DNA of 58,447 nucleotides from an uncultured Candidatus Saccharibacteria bacterium. GTDB lineage: Bacteria; Patescibacteriota; Minisyncoccia; Phycocordibacterales; UBA5272. The notes beneath the pieces were generated by a model, which was not told where the DNA came from, made no database searches, and was given only the letters and a program-made list of their open reading frames with translations. The translations under genes were made by a program, and so were the position numbers. Of this stretch, positions 51,289-58,447 are shown in pieces. The DNA lies in the NCBI GenBank assembly GCA_964443675.1, contig CAYUDN010000003.1, positions 1-58,447 of the forward strand, in the 5' to 3' direction. Each line of letters opens with the position of its first letter. The stretch's first letter is position 1.

Positions 51289-51372
51289 CGCAGACTACGC
51301 AGACTGATGCAGACCACGCAGATCGAGAAGCTTGGCTTCGAGATACTGAGTACAGCAGTGCGAATGTGCTAA
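51289..51372 (+). repeat. solo end (E2) of the CGCAGAC-repeat element with a truncated GxxExxY 5' remnant
   Basis: CGCAGACTACGCAGACTGATGCAGACCACGCAGAT is about 32/36 identical to the recG insertion repeat. The following 48 nt translate to EKLGFEILSTAVRMC*, compared with DEFLYKELSYTLRGIC in the recG insert. Confidence 0.7.
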
Positions 51373-51483
51373 CAACAGAAAAACAGAATACAAGATACAA
51401 AAGAGTGGCCGCGAAGCGGCCACTCTTTTGTATCTTTATTGTGAAAAACTGTACTATTCTATAATCTGTGTTATAATAAGTTA

Positions 51484-51831
51484 ATGGGAGAAATAGTAAA
51501 GTTTCCAAGTTCTGTAAATAAAAATGAAGAGAAAAAGAGAAATGGTGAAGAAGGGGAGAGGTCTCAAGTTTTACAATTTGAAAATAAATCTTTTCAGACA
51601 GGAGGAGCGAGGGCTTTTTTATCACGATCACATCCGTTTGTTGCTGAGGGTAATGAGATTATTGTTGAGATACAAGGAAAAAAGTATATAGGTATTGTAA
51701 CTTCAATTGTAAGCAGGGATAGCAGTAATAATGTCACTAAGGTCTCTTATAGTATTCCATTTTTACACGGAGATGATCCATTTAAGTTCGGAAGTGCAGA
51801 TTTTATATATACAATCGAAACACATGACTAA
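51484..51831 (+). CDS. hypothetical protein (115 aa)
   Basis: ORF whose end overlaps the argH start by 8 nt. Confidence 0.45.
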   Translation: MGEIVKFPSSVNKNEEKKRNGEEGERSQVLQFENKSFQTGGARAFLSRSHPFVAEGNEIIVEIQGKKYIGIVTSIVSRDSSNNVTKVSYSIPFLHGDDPFKFGSADFIYTIETHD

Positions 51832-53116
51832 AATTTGGCAGAAAACAAAAACAAAAAGCAATAAGGTTGTCGAAATGTATAATACTGGAGATGATTACAA
51901 GATCGACATGGAGATTTTTCCTTTTGATATTGTTGCTTCTATTGCTCATGCTGAAATGCTTGGTTCAATTGGTGTACTTACTAAGGGAGAAGTTGTAAGT
52001 ATCGTGGAAGAACTTAGTCGTATACGTAAAAGTTTCAATGAAGGAAAAATCAAAATTCGTGTAGAAGATGAGGATTGTCATACGGTTATAGAAAATCTAC
52101 TTATAAAAAAGTTAGGGGATGTGGGAAAGAAAATTCATACAGGTAGAAGCAGGAATGATCAAGTTTTAACTGCTGTAAGGTTGTTTACACTTCATACACT
52201 GAATGTTATTTCTTCTCTCAATAAAGAGTTAGCGGGATTATTTATTGAGTTCGCAGAAAAACATAAGAATTCACCACTTCCAGGATACACACATACACAA
52301 CAAGCGATGCTTTCTAGTTTTGGACACTGGAGCCTTTCTTTTGTTGAGGGTCTTGTTAACGATCAAGAGCTTTTAAAAAATGCTATAGAATTAAATAGTC
52401 AGAATCCACTTGGGACCGCTGCTGGGTTTGGTGTTTCTTTTCCACTCGATAGAGACTATACAAGAAAAAGAATGGGGTTTAATAAAAATATAGTAAACAG
52501 TTTGTTTGCTCAGGCTAGTAGGGGAAAGTTTGAGTCTATGACACTCGAAGCGTTGTCGCAGATAATGCTTACCTTGTCACGATTTGCTACTGATATGCTT
52601 TTTTTTACAGCAAGAGAAACTTCATTTATAAAAGTTCAAGAGAGTTTAACAACAGGATCAAGTATTATGCCTCAAAAAAAGAATCTTGATTCAATGGAAT
52701 TAATGCGAGGGAATGCTTCCGTTGTATTTTCTCATCAACTTGCTATAAAAAATATTCCCAAAGGTGTTATCTCTGGGTATAATAGGGATCTTCAGCTTAT
52801 TAAAAAACCACTTATAGAAAGTTTGCATATCATTGAAGACTCGTTACGTGTTGCGTGTGAGTTTGTTAAAGGGGCAGAAGTTAATGAAGATAATGTGAGA
52901 AAGGCTATTAAAGCTGATATTTTTGCAGCAGATATGGCAAATGAAATGGTTGAAAACGAAGGTCTCTCTTTTAGGGATGCATATGTTAGAGTTGGTCAAT
53001 CACTTAATCAAGTAAAAGATTTTGATGTAGAGAAAAATATTGCATCAAAGAAGTCTCTCGGATCACCCGGTAATCTTGCGATTGCATACTACAAGAAAAT
53101 AATTAAAAAAATGTAG
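51824..53116 (+). CDS. argH: argininosuccinate lyase (fumarate-lyase superfamily)
   Basis: Start at ATG 51824. Motifs SIAHAEML, TGRSRNDQV and GSSIMPQKKN. Confidence 0.75.
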   Translation: MTKIWQKTKTKSNKVVEMYNTGDDYKIDMEIFPFDIVASIAHAEMLGSIGVLTKGEVVSIVEELSRIRKSFNEGKIKIRVEDEDCHTVIENLLIKKLGDVGKKIHTGRSRNDQVLTAVRLFTLHTLNVISSLNKELAGLFIEFAEKHKNSPLPGYTHTQQAMLSSFGHWSLSFVEGLVNDQELLKNAIELNSQNPLGTAAGFGVSFPLDRDYTRKRMGFNKNIVNSLFAQASRGKFESMTLEALSQIMLTLSRFATDMLFFTARETSFIKVQESLTTGSSIMPQKKNLDSMELMRGNASVVFSHQLAIKNIPKGVISGYNRDLQLIKKPLIESLHIIEDSLRVACEFVKGAEVNEDNVRKAIKADIFAADMANEMVENEGLSFRDAYVRVGQSLNQVKDFDVEKNIASKKSLGSPGNLAIAYYKKIIKKM

Positions 53117-53224
53117 AGTTGGTGTTGGGGCACAAGAAAGAGTGGCCGCTTCGCGGCCACTCTTTGTAGGTCTGTATCATTGTTCTATCTGCATGCAAAT
53201 GCTGTGGTATACTCTCCTAAAGAC

Positions 53225-54109
53225 ATGGAAAAAGTTGTAAAGAATGAAACAACAACAAAAAAGAATCTCGACCACTACTTACCACAAACAGAAGAGGAAT
53301 GGCTTTCTACTGGACACTTTAAAGTCGAAGATGTCATGGTTGGTAATAATACCATACGAAGTGCTTTTTCAAATGGTGGTGACAGCTCTCGTCTTGTGAC
53401 TATGGTTGGAGGTATTCCTCGTGACAAAGAAAGGAGAAAAAAGTTGCCGCTTATCAACAAACTTTACGGACATATTGCGCTTAAGCTTTTAAAGGTTAAA
53501 GAATCAAGTGTCATGTATAATCAGCCGGCAACAGGTAAGTCAGATGGTTCTTGGGAAGAAGAAACATTAGCAACACGGGCACGTGTTGTCACAGAAATAA
53601 CTGATTACTTCGCAAACAAGATACACACAAAGGATATTGCTCTTATTGGTACCAGTGCCGGCGCGTACATGACGGTCAGGTCTCTGCGTATGTTAAAAGA
53701 AAAAGGATATACTCCTTCTAGGGTTACTTTAATTTCTCCAGCATTTTACCCTGACCATGTTGAGAATGTTCCTTATGGAGAAAAGTTTAAAGAAATAATC
53801 TCGTCATCGTGGGATTTGGAGTTGTCCCCACTATTTAGTGACTTGAGGGCGTATGTTTTGGAAGGGGGAAGTGTGCTCATAAGTTTTTTTGAGAATGATG
53901 ATCCTCCAATTCCTCTTCGTATGCAGGAGTTTTGTAAAAAATTTGCAAACGAACTTTCAGAAAAAGGAGGAAAGATAGAGGTAATTACTATCCCTGGTGT
54001 GGCACATAACTTTAGGAAGATAGGGGTAGAGGAAACAAAAAATGTAATTGATAATAAGAGTGTGAGAGACACCGCTTCTACTATCTTTTCTTTTCTTTCA
54101 AAAGAGTAA
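53225..54109 (+). CDS. alpha/beta hydrolase
   Basis: Nucleophile elbow GTSAG and a C-terminal His (GVAHNF). Confidence 0.65.
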   Translation: MEKVVKNETTTKKNLDHYLPQTEEEWLSTGHFKVEDVMVGNNTIRSAFSNGGDSSRLVTMVGGIPRDKERRKKLPLINKLYGHIALKLLKVKESSVMYNQPATGKSDGSWEEETLATRARVVTEITDYFANKIHTKDIALIGTSAGAYMTVRSLRMLKEKGYTPSRVTLISPAFYPDHVENVPYGEKFKEIISSSWDLELSPLFSDLRAYVLEGGSVLISFFENDDPPIPLRMQEFCKKFANELSEKGGKIEVITIPGVAHNFRKIGVEETKNVIDNKSVRDTASTIFSFLSKE

Positions 54110-54903
54110 TGCAAGTAGAAAATTACACGGTATCCACTTCATACGGAAATCTTGCTGGTGATATGTATCACGCAGCGAAGAAGGAAAATTCCTCGGATGT
54201 TATTTTTATTCACGGCGGAGGTCTACGTGGACGTCTCGGTTGGAAAAAAGTAAGGGAGGAATTTGCTATGAAAGGAATTTCGTCATACGCTTTTGACTTT
54301 GTTGGTCATGGAGAAACAGGTGGTGACATTACTACAACCAACCTTGCAGGGAGAGTAGATCAGCTTGTTCAGATCGTAAAGCAGATATCACCTGATCGCG
54401 GAGTGACTCTTGTTGCATCAAGTATGGGTGGTTATATAGCTTTAGCTTCTCTTGCTCGTATTAAAGTCACTACGCTTATTTTAGTGGCACCCGCTGTATA
54501 CGCTAAAGAAGCTTTTCTTGTTCCATTTGGTCCATTATTTTCTTCGATATTACGGAAACAAAATAGTTGGATGACTACAGATGCATGGGAGTATATTGCT
54601 TCTTTCACAGGAAACCTTCTGATTATACAAGCAGAAAAGGACCAGATTATACCTGAAGGTGTGGTGGAAGGAATATATACTCACGCAACAAGTGCATACA
54701 GAAGAGGAATTGTTCTTTGTAAAGAAGCGACACACCCTTTAACTGATTGGTTAGGAGTACATCAAAAAGATCTTACTGCTGTTGTTTCGGCTAGCATACC
54801 TTTAATTCTAGAAAGAAGTTTTAGTGATATACTTCCTAAAGATCCATCATCCTTAAGAGGAGACAAAACATCATGGAACGACCGAACAAACAAGCAACCG
54901 TAG
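54109..54903 (+). CDS. alpha/beta hydrolase
   Basis: HGGG oxyanion-type motif (IFIHGGG) and nucleophile elbow ASSMGG. Confidence 0.7.
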   Translation: MQVENYTVSTSYGNLAGDMYHAAKKENSSDVIFIHGGGLRGRLGWKKVREEFAMKGISSYAFDFVGHGETGGDITTTNLAGRVDQLVQIVKQISPDRGVTLVASSMGGYIALASLARIKVTTLILVAPAVYAKEAFLVPFGPLFSSILRKQNSWMTTDAWEYIASFTGNLLIIQAEKDQIIPEGVVEGIYTHATSAYRRGIVLCKEATHPLTDWLGVHQKDLTAVVSASIPLILERSFSDILPKDPSSLRGDKTSWNDRTNKQP

Positions 54904-55403
54904 CACTTCTTGTTGATCAAGAAGGGAAAGTGTGTCTTGCAAGGAAAAAGCAAGCTATTCACACTGAAGGTGAGGCGATTTCATATAGCCTTGGTATGTA
55001 TAACGGATATGGTGGCAAGAGAGAAGACTACGATGTCTCAATTGAAGCAACTGCAATCCGAGAAGTAAAAGATGAGTGCGGTGTGACAATAGACGAAACT
55101 TCGCTTACACGTGCTCTTCGTGTCTATTTCTATCTTACCAAAGATGATGAAGTGATACCCTTTCTTGATGTGTTCTTTTTTGTGGTAAGAGAGTGGTCTG
55201 GTGATCCAACAGAAACCAAAGAAATGGGTCCACCAGAATTTTTCACCCACGATAGGATTCCTTATGACGAAATGATGCCTGCTGATCGTGTGCTTTTTGC
55301 AAATCTACTAGCGGGCGAGCATGGTACCTATCAGATTATCTTACGGGGCAAAAGTATTCCACCAGAGATCGTCAAATTAACTGATGAGGTCACTACTGTG
55401 TAA
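54873..55403 (+). CDS. NUDIX hydrolase
   Basis: Nudix box GGKREDYDVSIEATAIREVKDECGV. Confidence 0.8.
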   Translation: MERPNKQATVALLVDQEGKVCLARKKQAIHTEGEAISYSLGMYNGYGGKREDYDVSIEATAIREVKDECGVTIDETSLTRALRVYFYLTKDDEVIPFLDVFFFVVREWSGDPTETKEMGPPEFFTHDRIPYDEMMPADRVLFANLLAGEHGTYQIILRGKSIPPEIVKLTDEVTTV

Positions 55404-55499
55404 GTAAATTGTTTTTTGGTTGGTGTGCAAATTCCCTTCGGAAATTTGTACACTTTCTTTTTTATGGTCTTAGAGATGTTGACGTGATATACTTTTGTA

Positions 55500-56063
55500 A
55501 TGGAACAGTTACCATCATACGCAACTTCGCTAACTCACTATTTATCACTTGCTACGGGTCTTGGGCTTCTTTTTGTTATTGTTTTTGTAGTTCGTGCAAC
55601 ATATCTTATTGTTTTTAAGAAGCGTTGTCCAATCGCACCGTTTGTAACCGATCATGTTTTTTTGATTGGTTCAGCACTTTCTTTTGCGGGTATTTCTCTA
55701 TCACTTTTTTATTCTGAAGTACTCAAGTATGCACCATGTGATCTTTGTTGGTATCAGAGAATATTTTTGTACCCACAAGTATTTATGTTCTTGTATGCGT
55801 GGTACAAAAAAGATTACGCAGTGCTACGGTACAGCACGGTTCTCTCTATTGTTGGTGCTAGTATTGCTCTCTATCATCACATGCTTCAGATTGGGTACGA
55901 TCTTATGAAGCCTTGCTCAGATGCTCCATTTGCAGTTGATTGTGCTAAGCCGTCATTTGTTGAATTCGGATTCATTACTTTTCCTATGATGTCTTTTGTG
56001 CTTTTTAGTATTTTGGTTATTGTATCGTTTATTGCAACGGTACTTGCAAAACAGTCAAAGTAG
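55500..56063 (+). CDS. disulfide bond formation protein (DsbB/BdbC family)
   Basis: Four TM helices, a CDLC redox pair (YAPCDLCWYQRI) and a second Cys pair in the later loop. Confidence 0.75.
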   Translation: MEQLPSYATSLTHYLSLATGLGLLFVIVFVVRATYLIVFKKRCPIAPFVTDHVFLIGSALSFAGISLSLFYSEVLKYAPCDLCWYQRIFLYPQVFMFLYAWYKKDYAVLRYSTVLSIVGASIALYHHMLQIGYDLMKPCSDAPFAVDCAKPSFVEFGFITFPMMSFVLFSILVIVSFIATVLAKQSK

Positions 56064-56097
56064 CATTGAGTGGCGCGAGTTAAAAAGCGTTAGTCTA

Positions 56098-56143
56098 CAA
56101 AGACTACCGCTTTTGCTTTATTACACCTTACACGTACACTAAC
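56098..56143 (+). repeat. left copy of a ~46-bp imperfect direct repeat
   Basis: CAAAGACTACCGCTTTTGCTTTATTACACCTTACACGTACACTAAC matches 56991-57037 at about 37/46 positions. Confidence 0.7.
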
Positions 56144-56248
56144 CATGCTACCTGAGTTACCACTCTTTTATGTTTCGTTGACTTTCCTATATTTTAATGA
56201 TTGAATAGAATTCTCGTTGTTCGTTTTTCTTCCGCGAAGGAGATTGAG

Positions 56249-56875
56249 ATGAAACCAGAAGCATCTTTACACCTTACTGGACAGTTGCCTGTAACAGCAC
56301 CGGAGACCGGTCACGAAGATCATCTTCTACACGCCTATGACTTGTTGGCTATTCAAGCAATTCGGTGTGCTTCTAGTGTTGAGGAGTTGAAGCAGATAAA
56401 CTGTCAGTATTCTTTTGATCACAGAAAAGTCTTTGATTTGTTCACAAGCAAACTTCTTGAAGTTGTTGGTGGAGATAGAGAACTTCTTGCCTTGTGTTGG
56501 GTTGACAGAGATGACGCGCTTCCTTCTTCAGCCCATAAGGCTTGCTTAAAAGCTCTTATTCAGAGCTCAGAAAATCTTTTCCTCGTATATCTCGCATCTT
56601 TTGGTGCCCGTAACCCTATTGACTCTTCTTGTACGGTTGTTGAGGAGATGGTCAAAAGGTGTCAACAAAGTGAAGATCCTTTAGGGTTCTTGTTTAGGTT
56701 AGATCGTCTTTTCTGTAAGAATGATTCCTCTTTGGAAGAGGATCTTTCTTTTGCTACAGACCCACACCCCGATATCGATACCTTTGGGGTTCGGCACCTT
56801 TGCCGATGCAGAGCAAGGAAAATGATCTTTGATGCAGTTACTAGCATTGCACCAAACACAGGCACTACTTCTTAA
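56249..56875 (+). CDS. hypothetical protein (208 aa)
   Basis: ATG 56249 lies 6 nt after AAGGAG. Terminator GCACAGC...GCTGTGC plus a T-run downstream. Confidence 0.55.
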   Translation: MKPEASLHLTGQLPVTAPETGHEDHLLHAYDLLAIQAIRCASSVEELKQINCQYSFDHRKVFDLFTSKLLEVVGGDRELLALCWVDRDDALPSSAHKACLKALIQSSENLFLVYLASFGARNPIDSSCTVVEEMVKRCQQSEDPLGFLFRLDRLFCKNDSSLEEDLSFATDPHPDIDTFGVRHLCRCRARKMIFDAVTSIAPNTGTTS

Positions 56876-56990
56876 CGAAGATTCAATTGCACAGCGCTAC
56901 TCTTACAGTTGCTGTGCTTTTTGTTTTCTGTACTTGTTATAAAATTTGTTTTAACCAATCTTTAAAGTCCAAAACATATTTTCAAACCTT

Positions 56991-57037
56991 CAAACGACTA
57001 CCGCTTTTGTTTTACTACACCTCGTACGTATACTTAC
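56991..57037 (+). repeat. right copy of the ~46-bp imperfect direct repeat
   Basis: CAAACGACTACCGCTTTTGTTTTACTACACCTCGTACGTATACTTAC. Confidence 0.7.
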
Positions 57038-57052
57038 TTTACTAATTACTAA

Positions 57053-57751
57053 TTACACCCCCTTCACCCCTTTCTGGGTACACCACTCAATACATGTATC
57101 AAGTACTTCATCAATAGTCATATCACTCGTATCGATAAAGAAAGCATCGTCTGCTAGTTTGAGTGCTCCTATTGCATGACCTTTGTCTGTTTCGTCTCGC
57201 TTGCGCAACTCTTCACAAAGCATTTCGAATGTTTTGCCTGAGTTGCGTCTTTCTTCATCTTTGAGTCGTCTCTTAGCGCGTGCTTCCACAGAAGCATCGA
57301 GATAGATTTTTGCTTGTGCGTCCGGGAAGACTTCTGTTCCCATATCTCTCCCTTCTGCAACAAGTCCCGGAGTTCTTATCCTACCGCGTTGGAATACACG
57401 TATCGCATAGCGTAGCGGTGGATAGAAGCTAATGAGTGCGGCATTGTTGCCTGCTTCTTGTGAAGCAAGGATTGGCCAGATGTCGGTTTCTTTATAAATT
57501 ACTTGCTTCCCCACGAAAGAGACATGCTCGCTTTCATTTACAATAAGAGAGACAACTTTATCCAAGTTGTCTCCCGTATGATCATTGATATCGATATTGT
57601 GTGCAATCGCGAGATGTGCAGAGAGGCGATAGAGTGCACCAGAGTTCAGATAGTGGTAGCCAAGCTTTTTTGCAAGAAGACTTGCGACCGTGCCTTTACC
57701 AGAGGAAGAGGTCCCATCAATTGCGACAATTGGAATGGGGTTACTGCTCAT
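57053..57751 (-). CDS. cmk: cytidylate kinase
   Basis: P-loop VAIDGTSSSGKGT and the Cmk-typical NSGALYR. Confidence 0.9.
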   Translation of the reverse strand: MSSNPIPIVAIDGTSSSGKGTVASLLAKKLGYHYLNSGALYRLSAHLAIAHNIDINDHTGDNLDKVVSLIVNESEHVSFVGKQVIYKETDIWPILASQEAGNNAALISFYPPLRYAIRVFQRGRIRTPGLVAEGRDMGTEVFPDAQAKIYLDASVEARAKRRLKDEERRNSGKTFEMLCEELRKRDETDKGHAIGALKLADDAFFIDTSDMTIDEVLDTCIEWCTQKGVKGV

Positions 57752-57938
57752 ATACCTCTCATTCTAACAAAATTATATTCAAAATGCATGTGGATATAGC
57801 GAAGCAAAAAAGAATTTGGTGAATATGTGTCCTCAAACAAAGAAAGTAAAATACCCTTTATTTATAGTACTTTTTCGGCTCCTGTTGAAAGCTTTTTCTG
57901 TTTTATGGAATCTCGTACAAGATTCGACAAGAAATTCC

Positions 57939-57967
57939 TTGACTTTGCATATTCTTTCGTATAGAAT
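57939..57967 (+). promoter_or_regulatory. candidate rRNA operon promoter
   Basis: TTGACT (57939-57944), 17 nt, TAGAAT (57962-57967), about 200 nt upstream of the 16S 5' end. Confidence 0.5.
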
Positions 57968-58171
57968 AGGGGCTACTTCTTACTTTATGCAAAGTAAGTA
58001 GTTATCGTAGTCATTTGAAAAAATAATACGAAGCTACTTTTGAAAAATATACATCAGTTTATTTTTCAAAAGGTGACGCTTCAAATTACATTACACAATA
58101 AAGTGCTTGTCCGTTACTTTTTTTCGGAAAAGTAATTAGGACGTTTTTGTTTTTCTTTTGTCACACTCTAT

Positions 58172-58447
58172 ATAAATAGAGTTTGATCCTAGCTCAGGAT
58201 GAACGCTGGCGGTGTGGATAAGGCATGCAAGTTGAACGGAACTAATCACATGGAAGTACTAAGCAAGTTAAAGTAGCAATACGGCAATAAGCGAAGTATG
58301 GAAGCGTGACAGTTTAGTAGCAAACGAGGTAGTAATATTTAGGAACGCACCCCGAAGTCGTGAATAGCCTTTCGAAAGGAAGAGTAATACACGATGGTAC
58401 CGCAAGGTTAAAGATTTATCGCTTCGGGAGCGGCTTAAACAGTATCA
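58172..58447 (+). rRNA. rrs: 16S ribosomal RNA, 5' part (runs off the window)
   Basis: AGAGTTTGATCCTAGCTCAGGATGAACGCTGGCGGTGTGGATAAGGCATGCAAGTTGAACGG. The helix-6/V1 region looks longer than in E. coli, and the GGCGGACGGGTGAGTAA region is divergent (GTAGCAAACGAGGTAGTAAT). Confidence 0.9.

Noticed and set aside
58230-58330. Possible insertion or intron in the 16S rRNA V1/helix-6 region.
   Set aside because: The region is only about 40 nt longer than in E. coli, which is within the range of a helix expansion. The gene is truncated by the window edge, so no intron can be called.

Overview
This is a 58.4-kb low-GC bacterial chromosome segment. The gene content, the many genes without a Shine-Dalgarno sequence, and the divergent 16S rRNA 5' end at the right edge suggest a small-genome Patescibacteria/CPR (Parcubacteria-like) organism; that placement is inference. 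The housekeeping backbone is secE-nusG-rplK; a compact dTTP module (dcd, dut, thyA, tmk, folA, with ndk further on); argS; T-box-ileS; recO; metG; tatD; rpsF-ssb-rpsR; infC-rpmI-rplT; tRNA-Ser; smpB-ssrA; ftsH; tRNA-Ile(UAU); ddl; recG; secDF; argH; two alpha/beta hydrolases; a Nudix protein; dsbB-like; cmk; and the start of 16S. Several non-standard features sit on this backbone. (1) recG carries an in-frame 459-bp insertion encoding a GxxExxY PD-(D/E)XK nuclease module. It is bounded by 36-bp inverted repeats made of CGCAGAC heptads, and decayed copies of the same repeat occur at four or more other loci. (2) ileS carries a ~200-aa histidine-phosphatase (RHG) domain inserted in its catalytic core. 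(3) The tRNA-Ile(UAU) gene is embedded in an ordered array of tRNA half-like repeats. (4) Two tandem modules each pair an NYN RNase gene with a convergent candidate small RNA, and they share an identical 156-bp 5' cassette. (5) A 5.7-kb cassette flanked by direct repeats holds a 1368-aa Cys-rich surface protein and a ~63-65% GC lipoprotein gene. The lipoprotein gene is driven by a perfect consensus promoter preceded by a helically phased CGCGGA repeat array. (6) A genome-specific family of ACAGA-rich palindromic intergenic elements is present. (7) An accessory islet lies between tRNA-Ser and ssrA. (8) dut has an in-frame TAA at codon 4. No CRISPR array, integrase, transposase or reverse transcriptase gene was seen.
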